Source of the DNA: Arcobacteraceae bacterium
GTDB taxonomy: Bacteria; Campylobacterota; Campylobacteria; Campylobacterales; Arcobacteraceae
DNA length: 64,000 nucleotides
Direction of reading: 5' to 3'
Assembly (NCBI GenBank): GCA_965224485.1
Contig: CBDCZH010000015.1
Coordinates: forward strand, 160,001 to 224,000
This document shows positions 10,945 through 20,737 of this stretch, piece after piece. The stretch's first letter is position 1. Every line of letters begins with the position of its first letter. Made by a program: the position numbers and the translations under genes. Below the pieces are notes generated by a model. That model saw nothing but the letters and a program-made list of their open reading frames with translations, was not told where the DNA came from and did not search any database.

Positions 10945-11392
10945 AAAAATCTTTTATTTTATTTTAATCTTTAAATTGAGCGTAGTCTATCATAATATTT
11001 ATTAAAAAATTAATATTATATAATTTTTTCAAAATATATAGTTTTATTATTATTAATGATAATAATTAATTATTTTATTATTATTAATTATTTTATTCTC
11101 TACATAAACCTTTTTAAGGCTTTTCTGATTTCTTAAAATTTTATTTAATTTTTATAGAATAATTACATCATTACTAAGTTTATTTTATTATAATTTTTAT
11201 GGATTTTTATTTAGTCTTTTTTTATTACAAATGCTTTGATTAATTTAGTAATTATTACTACTTACTTGATATAAGTGTTTTTTAATATTATTAAATTTAT
11301 TTTGGGGTTTTTGGGGAGTTTTGTTTATTTTATTTGGATTTATTAAGAGGGAATTATAAAGTACAAATATAAGAGAAGTGACTTTGTCACTC

Positions 11393-11692
11393 TTTTTTAT
11401 TGCATAAAAAAAAGGGACGTGCCGAAAGCACATCCCTTTTGTTCTATACGGACCTTTCGATGTAAGACGAAATTAAAATTTCTATTACATAGACGAAAGC
11501 TCGTTAAAACTTAAAAGAGTGAAATTATTCACTCTTTTTATCATTTTTTATTGCATAAAAAAAGGGACATGCCGAAAGCACATCCCTTTTGTTCTATACG
11601 GACCTTTCGATGTAATTACGAAATTAAAATTTCTATTACATAGACGAAAGCTCGTTAAAACTTAAAAGAGTGAAATTATTCACTCTTTTTAT
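11393..11692 (-). repeat. Two near-identical tandem 149-bp structured units (11393-11541, 11544-11692), candidate ncRNA
   Basis: Direct repeat with about 3 differences; on the minus strand each unit is hairpin AAAAGAGTGAA-TAAT-TTCACTCTTTT, a long irregular hairpin, then GGGATGTGC-TTTCG-GCAYGTCCC-T7/8. Confidence 0.9.
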
Positions 11693-11698
11693 ACAGTT

Positions 11699-13809
11699 TT
11701 AACCATTTCTCTTTTTCATAATTTCTTCAGCTACATTTCTTGGAACTTCAGAATAGTTATCAAAAATCATAGAATATGTTGCACGACCCTGAGACATAGA
11801 TCTTAAGTCAGTTGAATAACCGAACATTTCAGATAATGGAATCATTGCTACAACTAGTTTAACACCAGCTCTATCATCCATAGATTGAACTTGTCCTCTT
11901 CTTTTATTAACATCACCAATAACATCTCCCATATAATCTTCAGGAGTTTCTATTTCTACTCTCATCATAGGTTCTAAGATAATAGCTTTCGCTTCATTTG
12001 ATCTACAACCTTGTTTGAATCCCATAGAAGCAGCTAATTTAAATGCCATTTCAGATGAATCTACATCATGGTATGAACCATCATATAAAGTAACTTCAAT
12101 ATTAACTAGTGGATAACCAGCAAGGATACCTCCAGCCATAGCTTCAATACAACCTTTATCAACAGCAGGAATATATTCTTTTGGAACAGATCCACCCTTG
12201 ATTTTATTATGGAAAATATAGTTTTCTTCACTATCAGCTGGTAATGGCTTAATTTCTAAGTAAACATGTCCATATTGACCTTTACCACCAGATTGTTTAG
12301 CATATTTATACTCAACTTTAGTTGCATTTTTAATAGTTTCTCTATAAGCAACTTGAGGAGCACCAACTTCAGCTTCAACTGCAAATTCTCTTTTCATTCT
12401 ATCAACAAGAATTTCAAGGTGAAGTTCACCCATTCCTGAAATAATAGTTTGACCAGATTCTTCATCTGTTTTAACTCTAAAAGAAGGATCTTCTTGAGCT
12501 AATTTTCCTAAAGCAACACCCATTTTTTCTTGATCAGCTTTAGTTTTAGGCTCAACTGCAACAGATATAACTGGTTCAGGAAAGTCCATTCTCTCTAATA
12601 TAACTGGATCTTTTTCACTAGCTAGTGTATCACCAGTAATTGTTGATTTTAAACCAACAACAGCACCAATTTCCCCAGCATATAATTCAGAAACTTCTTC
12701 TCTTTTGATAGCATGCATCTTAAGAAGTCTTCCAATTCTCTCTTTTTTCATTTTTGTTGAATTTAAACATAAGTACCAGATTTTAGAACACCTCTATAAA
12801 CTCTAGTAAATGTTAATTGTCCAACAAAAGGATCAGTCATAATTTTAAATGCTAATGCTGCAACTTCACCATCATCAGATGATGCAACAATAACAGCTTC
12901 GCCTTCTTGAGTTTCACCTTTAATATCTTCAACTTCTACTGGAGAAGGTAAGTATCTACAAACAGCGTCAAGTAAAGTTTGAACACCTTTGTTTTTAAAA
13001 GCAGTTCCACAAATCATTGGAGTAATGTTCATTGCTAAACAACCTTTTTTGATTGCAGCCATGATTTCTTCATTAGTAATTTCTTCACCCTCTCAAGGTA
13101 TTTCATTCCTAAGATATCATCTTGTTCTGCAGCAGCTTCAACTAATTTTTTCTCTATATTCGTTAGCTTTATCAACTAAGTTAGCAGGAATTTCTTCTAC
13201 GTGGTAGTTAGAACCCATTTCAGCATCTAAATCCCAAACAATTGCTTTCATTTCAACTAAGTCAACAACACCAGCGAAGTTTTCTTCAGCTCCAATAGGA
13301 ATCTGAATAGGCACAGGATTAGCTTTAAGTCTCTCAGCTACTTGTGATTCAACATTAAAGAAATCAGCACCAGTTCTATCCATTTTATTTACAAAAATGA
13401 TTCTTGGTACTCTATATTTATTTGCTTGTCTCCAAACTGTTTCAGATTGTGGTTGAACCCCACCAACTGAACAAAATACTGCAACAGCACCATCAAGTAC
13501 TCTCATAGATCTCTCAACTTCAATAGTGAAGTCAACGTGACCTGGAGTATCAATGATATTAATCATAGTATCAGTTCCGTCCATTGGATTTTCCCAGTGA
13601 CAAGTAGTTGCAGCTGAAGTAATTGTAATACCTCTTTCTTGCTCTTGTTCCATCCAATCCATAGTTGCAGCACCATCATGTACTTCACCTATTTTATGCT
13701 CAACACCTGTATAGAATAAAATTCTTTCAGTTGTAGTAGTTTTACCTGCATCAATATGTGCAGCAATTCCGATATTTCTTACTTGATTAAGTGGTGTTTT
13801 TCTTGCCAT
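11699..13809 (-). CDS. fusA: Elongation factor G, split into three ORFs by indels near 13148, 13090 and 12765 (probable sequencing errors)
   Basis: [80 protein letters not shown]. Confidence 0.97.
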
Positions 13810-13818
13810 TTTAAAGTC

Positions 13819-14298
<480 letters not shown>

Positions 14299-14302
14299 CT
14301 AC

Positions 14303-14677
14303 TTATTTTTTTGGTTTTTTAGTACCGTATTTAGATCTTGCAACAGTTCTTCCTGCAACACCAGCAGTATCTAAAGCACCACGAACAATATGATATTTAA
14401 CACCAGGTAAATCTTTAACTCTACCTCCACGTACTAAAACAATTGAATGTTCTTGAAGGTTATGACCTTCTCCACCAATGTATGAAATAACTTCAAAACC
14501 AGTAGTTAATCTAACTTTTGCAACTTTTCTTAAAGCCGAGTTAGGTTTTTTTGGTGTAGTAGTATAAACTCTAGTACAAACCCCTCTTCTTTGTGGACAT
14601 TTTTCTAAAGCTGGCGATTTAGATTTTTTTACAACCCTTTTTCGCTCATTTCTAATCAATTGATTAATTGTAGGCAT
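14303..14677 (-). CDS. rpsL: 30S ribosomal protein S12
   Basis: [39 protein letters not shown]. Confidence 0.99.
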   Translation of the reverse strand: MPTINQLIRNERKRVVKKSKSPALEKCPQRRGVCTRVYTTTPKKPNSALRKVAKVRLTTGFEVISYIGGEGHNLQEHSIVLVRGGRVKDLPGVKYHIVRGALDTAGVAGRTVARSKYGTKKPKK

Positions 14678-14869
14678 CTTTTCCCTTTTAATGGTAAAAT
14701 AGATTGTCAGTAATATAGTATTTATATGTAAAGATTCTCTATTCTATTCTTGGTTTGAACAATTCAAGCAATGTTCATGCTTCTCGTTACGCACTAAATG
14801 CGCCATGACATATACCCATGTATAATCAAAACGATACTTCCATTCTAGAGAAACAGTAAGTTTTCTAAA

Positions 14870-14890
14870 AAGTAGCGTGATTATACCCAA
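14870..14890 (-). promoter_or_regulatory. Probable sigma70 -10 box of the rpsL operon, giving a leader of about 200 nt
   Basis: Minus strand GGGTATAATCACGC (TATAAT at 14885-14880). Confidence 0.55.
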
Positions 14891-14945
14891 GTTTGCTTTA
14901 ATCTTTCTTTAGCAGTATAAATTACATTTATAACGTTTTAGCTTT

Positions 14946-15384
14946 TAGAACTCTTACAAAGGTAAACCTTCGCGCTTTTTATCGAAGAATTTGCTCGTAC
15001 CTCGTGCATGCTTATCTTTTGTCAATACATGCCGGAACAAAGTGACTAAATCCTTAAAGGTAAAAGTAAGAAAACGGGAACTGAAAGTTTACAAGAGAGA
15101 GCCTTAATGTTAAAAATATACTTCATGTAGAAACTAACAAAGAGACGGATTAAACCCAAATACAACAATTAGTACTACATTATGTACAGTTTACCTAGGT
15201 ATTTACTAGCTAAACTATACATTGAAATAATTGTACCTTATAAAAAAACTCTATTTTTTGCAAACTATTTTAAATAAAAGCCCGAAACTAGGGTTTTTAC
15301 AAAAAAATAAAATAACATTAAAAATGTCTATTCAACATCTATATTAAGTCATATTAGTATAAAGTGTACTACTAATAAATAGTT
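14946..15384 (+). mobile_element. Non-coding module A: REP-like doublet plus conserved blocks ending at an attI-like site
   Basis: Three blocks (14946-14980, about 15069-15160, about 15299-15384) are repeated in module B; identity stops right after ...ACTAATAAATAGTT. Confidence 0.7.
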
Positions 15385-15388
15385 ATAC
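15341..15388 (+). other. Integron attI-like site 1 (crossover G|TTATAC at 15382-15388)
   Basis: GTTATAC is the exact reverse complement of the R'' box GTATAAC of the next attC; the 44 bp ending at the GTT differ by one base from 18685-18728. Confidence 0.7.
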
Positions 15389-15412
15389 AATCAAATTATC
15401 AATAGGAGGATT

Positions 15413-16051
15413 ATGAATAGTTATTTAGATAAATGTTTAGAACTACATAAACAAGGTAAAGAAATAAAATCAATAATTGAAAATATATATATTAATTATT
15501 CTTCATCAGAAGATAATGATAAAATTTATGAGTATAAAAAAGTTATTTCTAAACAATTTAATGTTTCATTAAAAGATATAAAGCTTATTGGGTCTGCACA
15601 CACAAGTTTTTCAAAAAAGAGTGGAGAGTTAAAAGATAAACTTGATCCTAATGATTATGACTTTGCTATAATAAACACTTCTTTATTTAATAAATATTGG
15701 ATTATGTTAAATAATGATTTAAATGAAGTTTCATTAGTTACTAGAAAAAATAAATTATTCTATGACTACTTAAAACGAGGTAAAATTCACCCATTTCATT
15801 TAAATCAAGATGGAAAGATATATAAAGAGATATAAAAAATAGATTATGTGAGTTAAATGTACATGAAAAGAAGTCATCTATATGTATTTATGCATTTGAA
15901 GATGCCTTTATTAATAATTTGTGTGAATATTTAACAGATGACTTGATACAATACTTTAAAAATAAAATAGAAGAACCAAAAAATAAAAAAACTTGTTTCT
16001 AATGGCTTTCGTCCATTAGAAAATTTGGGAGATATACTAAATGGGAAATAG
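15413..16051 (+). CDS. Putative Pol-beta-superfamily nucleotidyltransferase, first gene of cassette 1 (frameshifted after 15835; about 210 aa if restored)
   Basis: hGS motif KLIGSAHTSFS, then DxD motif NDYDFAIIN; the reading continues in another frame as ELNVHEKKSSICIYAFEDAF and overlaps the next ATG; AGGAGG RBS. Confidence 0.6.
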
Positions 16052-17214
16052 TCAAAAAACATTTGAATTAGGTCGAATGGATATAGTGGATATATATGAA
16101 TGGATTGAAGGTGGAAAAATAATTACTGGTCCAGTTTTTCAAAGACTTAGTGTTTGGAAAAACAAAGATAGAGAAGACTTAATTGACACAATAATGAATG
16201 GATTTCCAAGTTCCAGCAATTTTTATTTGTGAAGGAAGTACCGATTTTAAGCAGATAGGAAAAAAGTATGTTGTACTAGATGGAAAGCAAAGACTTGAAA
16301 GTATCACTTTATTTTTACAAAATAAAATAACATATAAAGGTGACACTTTTGGAAAACTTTCTGAAGAAGAACAGACAATGTTTTTGAACTTTAGTTTGCC
16401 TGTTGTACAAATGTATATTGACGTACATAAAGAATTAGATAAAGTACAAGAAATTTTTAAAAGATTAAATAAAAATTCATATAACCTTAATGAAATTGAA
16501 AAATCATTATCTCAATATATTGACTATGATTTTATAAACATAAGTAAAATTCTATGTTCTTATATTGAAATTAAAACATCTAATAATGAGTATGATAAAG
16601 AATCAATTGTGGAGAACACAGAATCAGAAGTAATTAAAAGTGATTATAATGAAACATATTTCGTTAAAGATTATATAAATATATATTTTTCAAAAGTAGA
16701 TACAAGTAATATTCAAACAATATTTTCTGATTTAAGATTTTTTACTACACATGAGCAAAATAGACAAACGTCAATTCAACATCTAATAAACATACTTGGT
16801 TCATTAATTAAAAAGGAACATATAGGTAGAAATGTAAAAGGGACTGAATATGAAGCTTATTCTAATCAAAAGTTTGTTGAAGATACATTATTCCCTATTA
16901 TAGAAAAACTAAATGATTCTGCTGATAAATTTTTACAATTATATAGTTTATTAGAACAAGAGGACTTGGGTAAACTAAAAAAGAAGTTTTGGTTTAGTAA
17001 ATCTAATTTATATACATTCCTGACTTTATTATTTAAATATAACTTTAGTGACTTAAACATTACAAAAATGGCTTTATTAGATTTTTCAAAAGCGACACAA
17101 GAAAAAGAAATGCAATTATTTAAAGATTATAGATTTTCTTGTACTGAAGCCGTAAATGGGAAGAAAGCAAGAGAGTTGAGGGAAACTATATTAGTTGAAA
17201 TTCTTGGGCTTTAA
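16041..17214 (+). CDS. DUF262 (GmrSD N-terminal, ParB/Srx-like) domain protein with one frameshift near 16205
   Basis: Joined frames give PVFQRLSVW...LIDTIMNGFPVPAIFI...YVVLDGKQRLESI...IFKRLN, the QR, DGQQR and F..LN motifs of DUF262. Confidence 0.85.
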
Positions 17215-17215
17215 A

Positions 17216-17273
17216 GTATAACAAATACTAGCAGCGAACGCAAAGAGAGCGTCGCTGAAGTCAGCCGTTATGT
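17216..17273 (+). other. Integron attC site (58 bp)
   Basis: R'' GTATAAC immediately after the stop codon, inner inverted repeat CAGCG-ACGC / GCGT-CGCTG, R' GTTATGT. Confidence 0.85.
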
Positions 17274-17302
17274 CTTGCTGTAGATAAGCTAGATATTTCT
17301 TC

Positions 17303-17331
17303 TTGACATAACGTACGATATTATGTACAAT
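17303..17331 (+). promoter_or_regulatory. Sigma70 promoter with YefM-type operator
   Basis: TTGACA-17 bp-TACAAT; CGTACG (17312) and TGTACA (17324) palindromes 12 bp apart, as in yefM-yoeB operators. Confidence 0.85.
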
Positions 17332-17357
17332 ATAGAAAAAGAAATAAAAGGTTATTC

Positions 17358-17603
17358 ATGACAAAAACTATGTCAGTAAGTCAAGTTAGAGCAGATATTT
17401 ATAATGTAATGGATGAAACAGCACTAACACATGAACCAGTACTTATTACAGGAAAAAGAAATAATGTTGTAATGATTTCAGAAGAAGACTGGAAAGCAAT
17501 AGAAGAAACATTATATTTAAATACTGTACCAAATATGGCATCGTCTATACAAGATTCAATGAATGCACCAGATAGTAAATTTACTGAAAATATTGAATGG
17601 TAG
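17358..17603 (+). CDS. yefM: Phd/YefM antitoxin
   Basis: SVSQVRADIY.VMDE....HEPVLIT.KR..VVMISEEDWKAIEETLYL. Confidence 0.93.
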   Translation: MTKTMSVSQVRADIYNVMDETALTHEPVLITGKRNNVVMISEEDWKAIEETLYLNTVPNMASSIQDSMNAPDSKFTENIEW

Positions 17604-17866
17604 AATATAAAATACTATATAGTAAATTAGCATTAAAAGATGCTAAAAAACTATCAAGTGCTAATTTAGCAAATAAAGCAAAAGAACTAATTGAAATTAT
17701 TAAAATAAACCCATTTAAAAACCCACCACCTTATGAAAAATTAGTCGGTAATCTTAATGGCTCTTATTCAAGAAGAATAAATATCAAACATAGAATAGTT
17801 TATGAAGTAAGGGAAATAGATAAAGTCATCAGAATATCAAGAATGTGGTCACACTATGGAGAATAA
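17597..17866 (+). CDS. yoeB: Txe/YoeB mRNA interferase toxin
   Basis: NPFKNPPPYEKLVGNLNGSYSRRINIKHRIVY...MWSHY; overlaps the antitoxin. Confidence 0.93.
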   Translation: MVEYKILYSKLALKDAKKLSSANLANKAKELIEIIKINPFKNPPPYEKLVGNLNGSYSRRINIKHRIVYEVREIDKVIRISRMWSHYGE

Positions 17867-17963
17867 GATAACAAAACACAGGAAAAAAAACAAGTTACCC
17901 TCGCGAACTTTATTAGAAAAAGTATCGGGCACAAAATAGTAACTTTTCTTAACTTAATCTTAA
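17866..17963 (+). other. Degenerate attC site closing the TA cassette
   Basis: AGATAAC at the yoeB stop (one mismatch from the expected ACATAAC), inverted AAGTTAC...GTAACTT; the R' box is not recognisable. Confidence 0.55.
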
Positions 17964-17976
17964 AATAACATACTTA

Positions 17977-18728
17977 TAGAACTCTTACAAAGGTGAACCT
18001 TCGCGCTTTTTTCCCTTACAGGATTGTTCACTTCGTTCAGGCATCTTTTTTTGTCGATCAAAAAGAAACAAAAAAGTCGACTGCCGGTTGATGAAGCCCT
18101 CCGGGTGCCTAGAGTTCAAAAATTCATTTTCTGCGCTACAGAACTCGCTAAAACGTGCCCTTACGGCACCTTTTTAAACGCTCAGACATGCTTCGCTTGT
18201 TACCGAAAATAAACTCTCAAACTCTAGCTTCCTCAAAGGCAGGGGTAGAGCAAGTAATCAAAATGCCCAATATAAAAACGTATTTATAAATATGTATCAA
18301 AACTATATCTACGAAGTAGACAAATAATCTTTCCGTTGATTGCTACATTTGCAGGAGCTAAAGTTTTTTTATTTCTTTACGTAACCCAAAAATAATTGTT
18401 TGAATGTGAAGAAATATGCTGGGAGCATATTTTAATGAGTTCTTATTTTTAAGTAAATCAATAAAAAAACTTTAGGTAGTCGGAGACCTCCGAAACCGTA
18501 GACACTTTCTTGTTTCTTCTTTTTGGCAAAAGAAGAAAAGAGCGGGAACTGGAAGTTTACAAGAGCAAAAGCCATACTATTAAAAATATACTTCATGTAA
18601 AAACTAACAAAGAGACGGATTAAACCCAAAGATATGTTTTTTAACAAAAAATTAAATACCATTAAAAATATTTATTTAACATTTATATTAAGTCATATTA
18701 GTATAAAGTATACTACTAATAAATAGTT
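17977..18728 (+). mobile_element. Non-coding module B: same conserved blocks as module A with a larger nested-palindrome core, ending at attI-like site 2 (G|TTGTAT at 18726)
   Basis: Blocks at 17977-18011, about 18535-18630 and about 18644-18728 match module A; the core has two oppositely oriented hairpin arms tipped by GAACTC...TCARACA. Confidence 0.7.
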
Positions 18729-18963
18729 GTATGTACAATTTGACTTAGCTTTAAGAATAGAATAAAAAAGTTAAGATCTTCATGCTTGTACTGAGTATAA
18801 TAAAAATGAAAAGGAATTTAATCTTATCCAAATATATAAAATTGATAAAACATTTAATATTCATATATCCTCATTTTTTGAGTTTATTAAGTCATAGTTA
18901 AACTTAAAAATTGAATACTTTTATATGATATAATCTTATCTATAAAATATCAAGGATAAAATT

Positions 18964-20737
18964 TTGGAATTAATTTATTTATGGGTAGAAAAGTATAAAA
19001 ACATAGTAAATCAAGGGTTTAGTTTTAATCCTGAGTTTGATTGTAAATATAATAATAAACCAATAAAAAAATGACAAAAATAATTATGTAAATATATTCC
19101 CTGATAATATAAGTATTACTGCTATTGTTGGTAAAAATGGAAGCGGAAAGAGTAATATATTAGAATCATTAGTTTCTTTATTTTATGAAAGAGGGATACC
19201 TATTGATGCTGATTATCATATGTGTGCTATATTTTATGATAAAGATAAAGATGATTATTATTCAAAAGATATAAACTGTAGTTCTTGTATTCCCTTAAGT
19301 ACTATTGAAGATATACAAAATAATAGCTCTAAAGATAAAAATTCATTTCTTTTACATTATAATTATACTCTTGACTTTTTAGATAATGATGAGAATAATA
19401 TTCATTTTAATAAAATGTATCATAAAAGAGATAATTATAAAGTTCCAATACTTCTGCAACCTGATAAAACTGATAAAAACTGATAATAAAAATTAATCTT
19501 AATATAATAGACTATTTTGCAACAAGAGATATGTTTGAGTTTGTTTTTAAAGAAAACTTACCTGTTGAAAATATAGAGAAGTTTTTTAAGCCTGAAAAGT
19601 TTAAACTATCTTTTCATTTTTCATATATATATGGAGAATCAAAGCAAAACGAAGATTCTTCTAATAACACTTCATTATTTGATTATATCAAAACTCGTTC
19701 CATAAAGGGTAATTTAGATATTCACGATTATAATAATTCATATGGAATAGAAGATTATTCAGCATCTTTGGGACATATTACACGAGATGGACTTATACTA
19801 TTAACTCAGTTTTATATTTTGAAAAAAAGTATGAAAAAATAAATTTAATTATTGATAAAAAATTAAAAGAATTTTTAAATGTTCCTTTTCCAAAGTTTAA
19901 TGAGGCATTGAAAATAGTTAAAAACAATTCTTTTGAAAATCTTTTTAGTTCTGTACATTATTATGAAATATATAAAATACAAGATAGTTTCAAGTTTATA
20001 AAATTTCTTGAAAACAAGAAGAGAAATTTCAATTATCAGATGAAAAAAAGTTGATTTCGAATAATAAAGAGTTAATTCAAAATTTAGTACCTTGGATAAC
20101 AATAGATGTTTATAATGATAAAGATGTTTCTTTATCTGAACTAAGTTATGGACAAAAATTTATAATTAGGTTTTTATATAGTCTTTTAAACCAGTTAAGA
20201 AATTTAAACTCTCATCCTGAATATCAGGATATTCTACTGTTACTCGATGAAGTAGAAAATGGTCTTCATCCACAATGGCAAAAAGAGTTTATAAAATTAC
20301 TAACAGATGTATTGAGTGCTTTTTTAGAGAAATATCCTAAACGGTTTAGCTTTAATATTGTTTTAACTTCACACTCTCCATTTATTATTTCAGATTTACC
20401 AAAAGAAAATGTAATATTTTTAAAAGATGGTAAAAATATAAGTGAATCAACAAATATAAATCCATTTGGAGCAAATATACATACTCTTTTATCTCATGGT
20501 TTTTTTATGGAAGGTGGACTTATGGGTGAGTCTGCAAAAGATAAAATAAATGATGTGATAAAAGTATTAGGATCAAAGAGAAGAGTATCTAAGAAAAATC
20601 AGAAATATTGCAAATATTTAATATCTTTAATTGGTGAACCATTTTTAAAAGAAAAGCTTTTAAAAATGTATGATGACAAATTTCAAGTCATAAAAGAGGA
20701 AAGAATAAAGCAACTAGAAGAAGAGTTAAGAAAGTGA
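18964..20737 (+). CDS. PtuA/Septu-like ABC-type (AAA_21) ATPase, broken by several frameshifts
   Basis: TTG start MELIYLWVEKYKNI..QGF.F, Walker A ITAIVGKNGSGKSNILE (about 19115-19165), signature LSYGQK, Walker B LLLLDEVENGLHPQWQK, TSHSPFIISDLP, NPFGANIH. Confidence 0.85.

Noticed and set aside
11393..11692. CRISPR array, tRNA, or known riboswitch or ribozyme
   Set aside because: Only two long units with no unique spacers and no cas genes; no cloverleaf; I could not find c-di-GMP-I/II, TPP, SAM or hammerhead core motifs.
11699..13809. fusA as a pseudogene or programmed frameshift
   Set aside because: The breaks are 1-2 nt indels at homopolymer or dinucleotide runs in an otherwise conserved essential gene, and the same pattern affects rpoB and rpoC, so sequencing error is the simpler explanation.
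14303..14677. Streptomycin or rifampicin resistance alleles in rpsL and rpoB
   Set aside because: RpsL keeps PKKPNS and RVKDLP, and the RpoB cluster I reads [22 protein letters not shown], with the usual sensitive residues.
14890..15340. Integron integrase remnant upstream of the attI-like sites
   Set aside because: In the parts I translated on the minus strand here and at 18432-18662 I found no tyrosine recombinase motifs (HxLRH, LLGH, TxIY). A BLASTX search is needed to exclude a highly decayed remnant.
18024..18662. Short ORFs 18024-18212 (+) and 18432-18662 (-)
   Set aside because: They lie inside the palindromic module, have no clear RBS or motifs, and are probably chance ORFs.
17977..18960. 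Retron msr-msd upstream of the PtuAB-like genes
   Set aside because: No reverse transcriptase in the window, and the structured region shares its ends with module A and is separated from the ATPase by the attI-like site.
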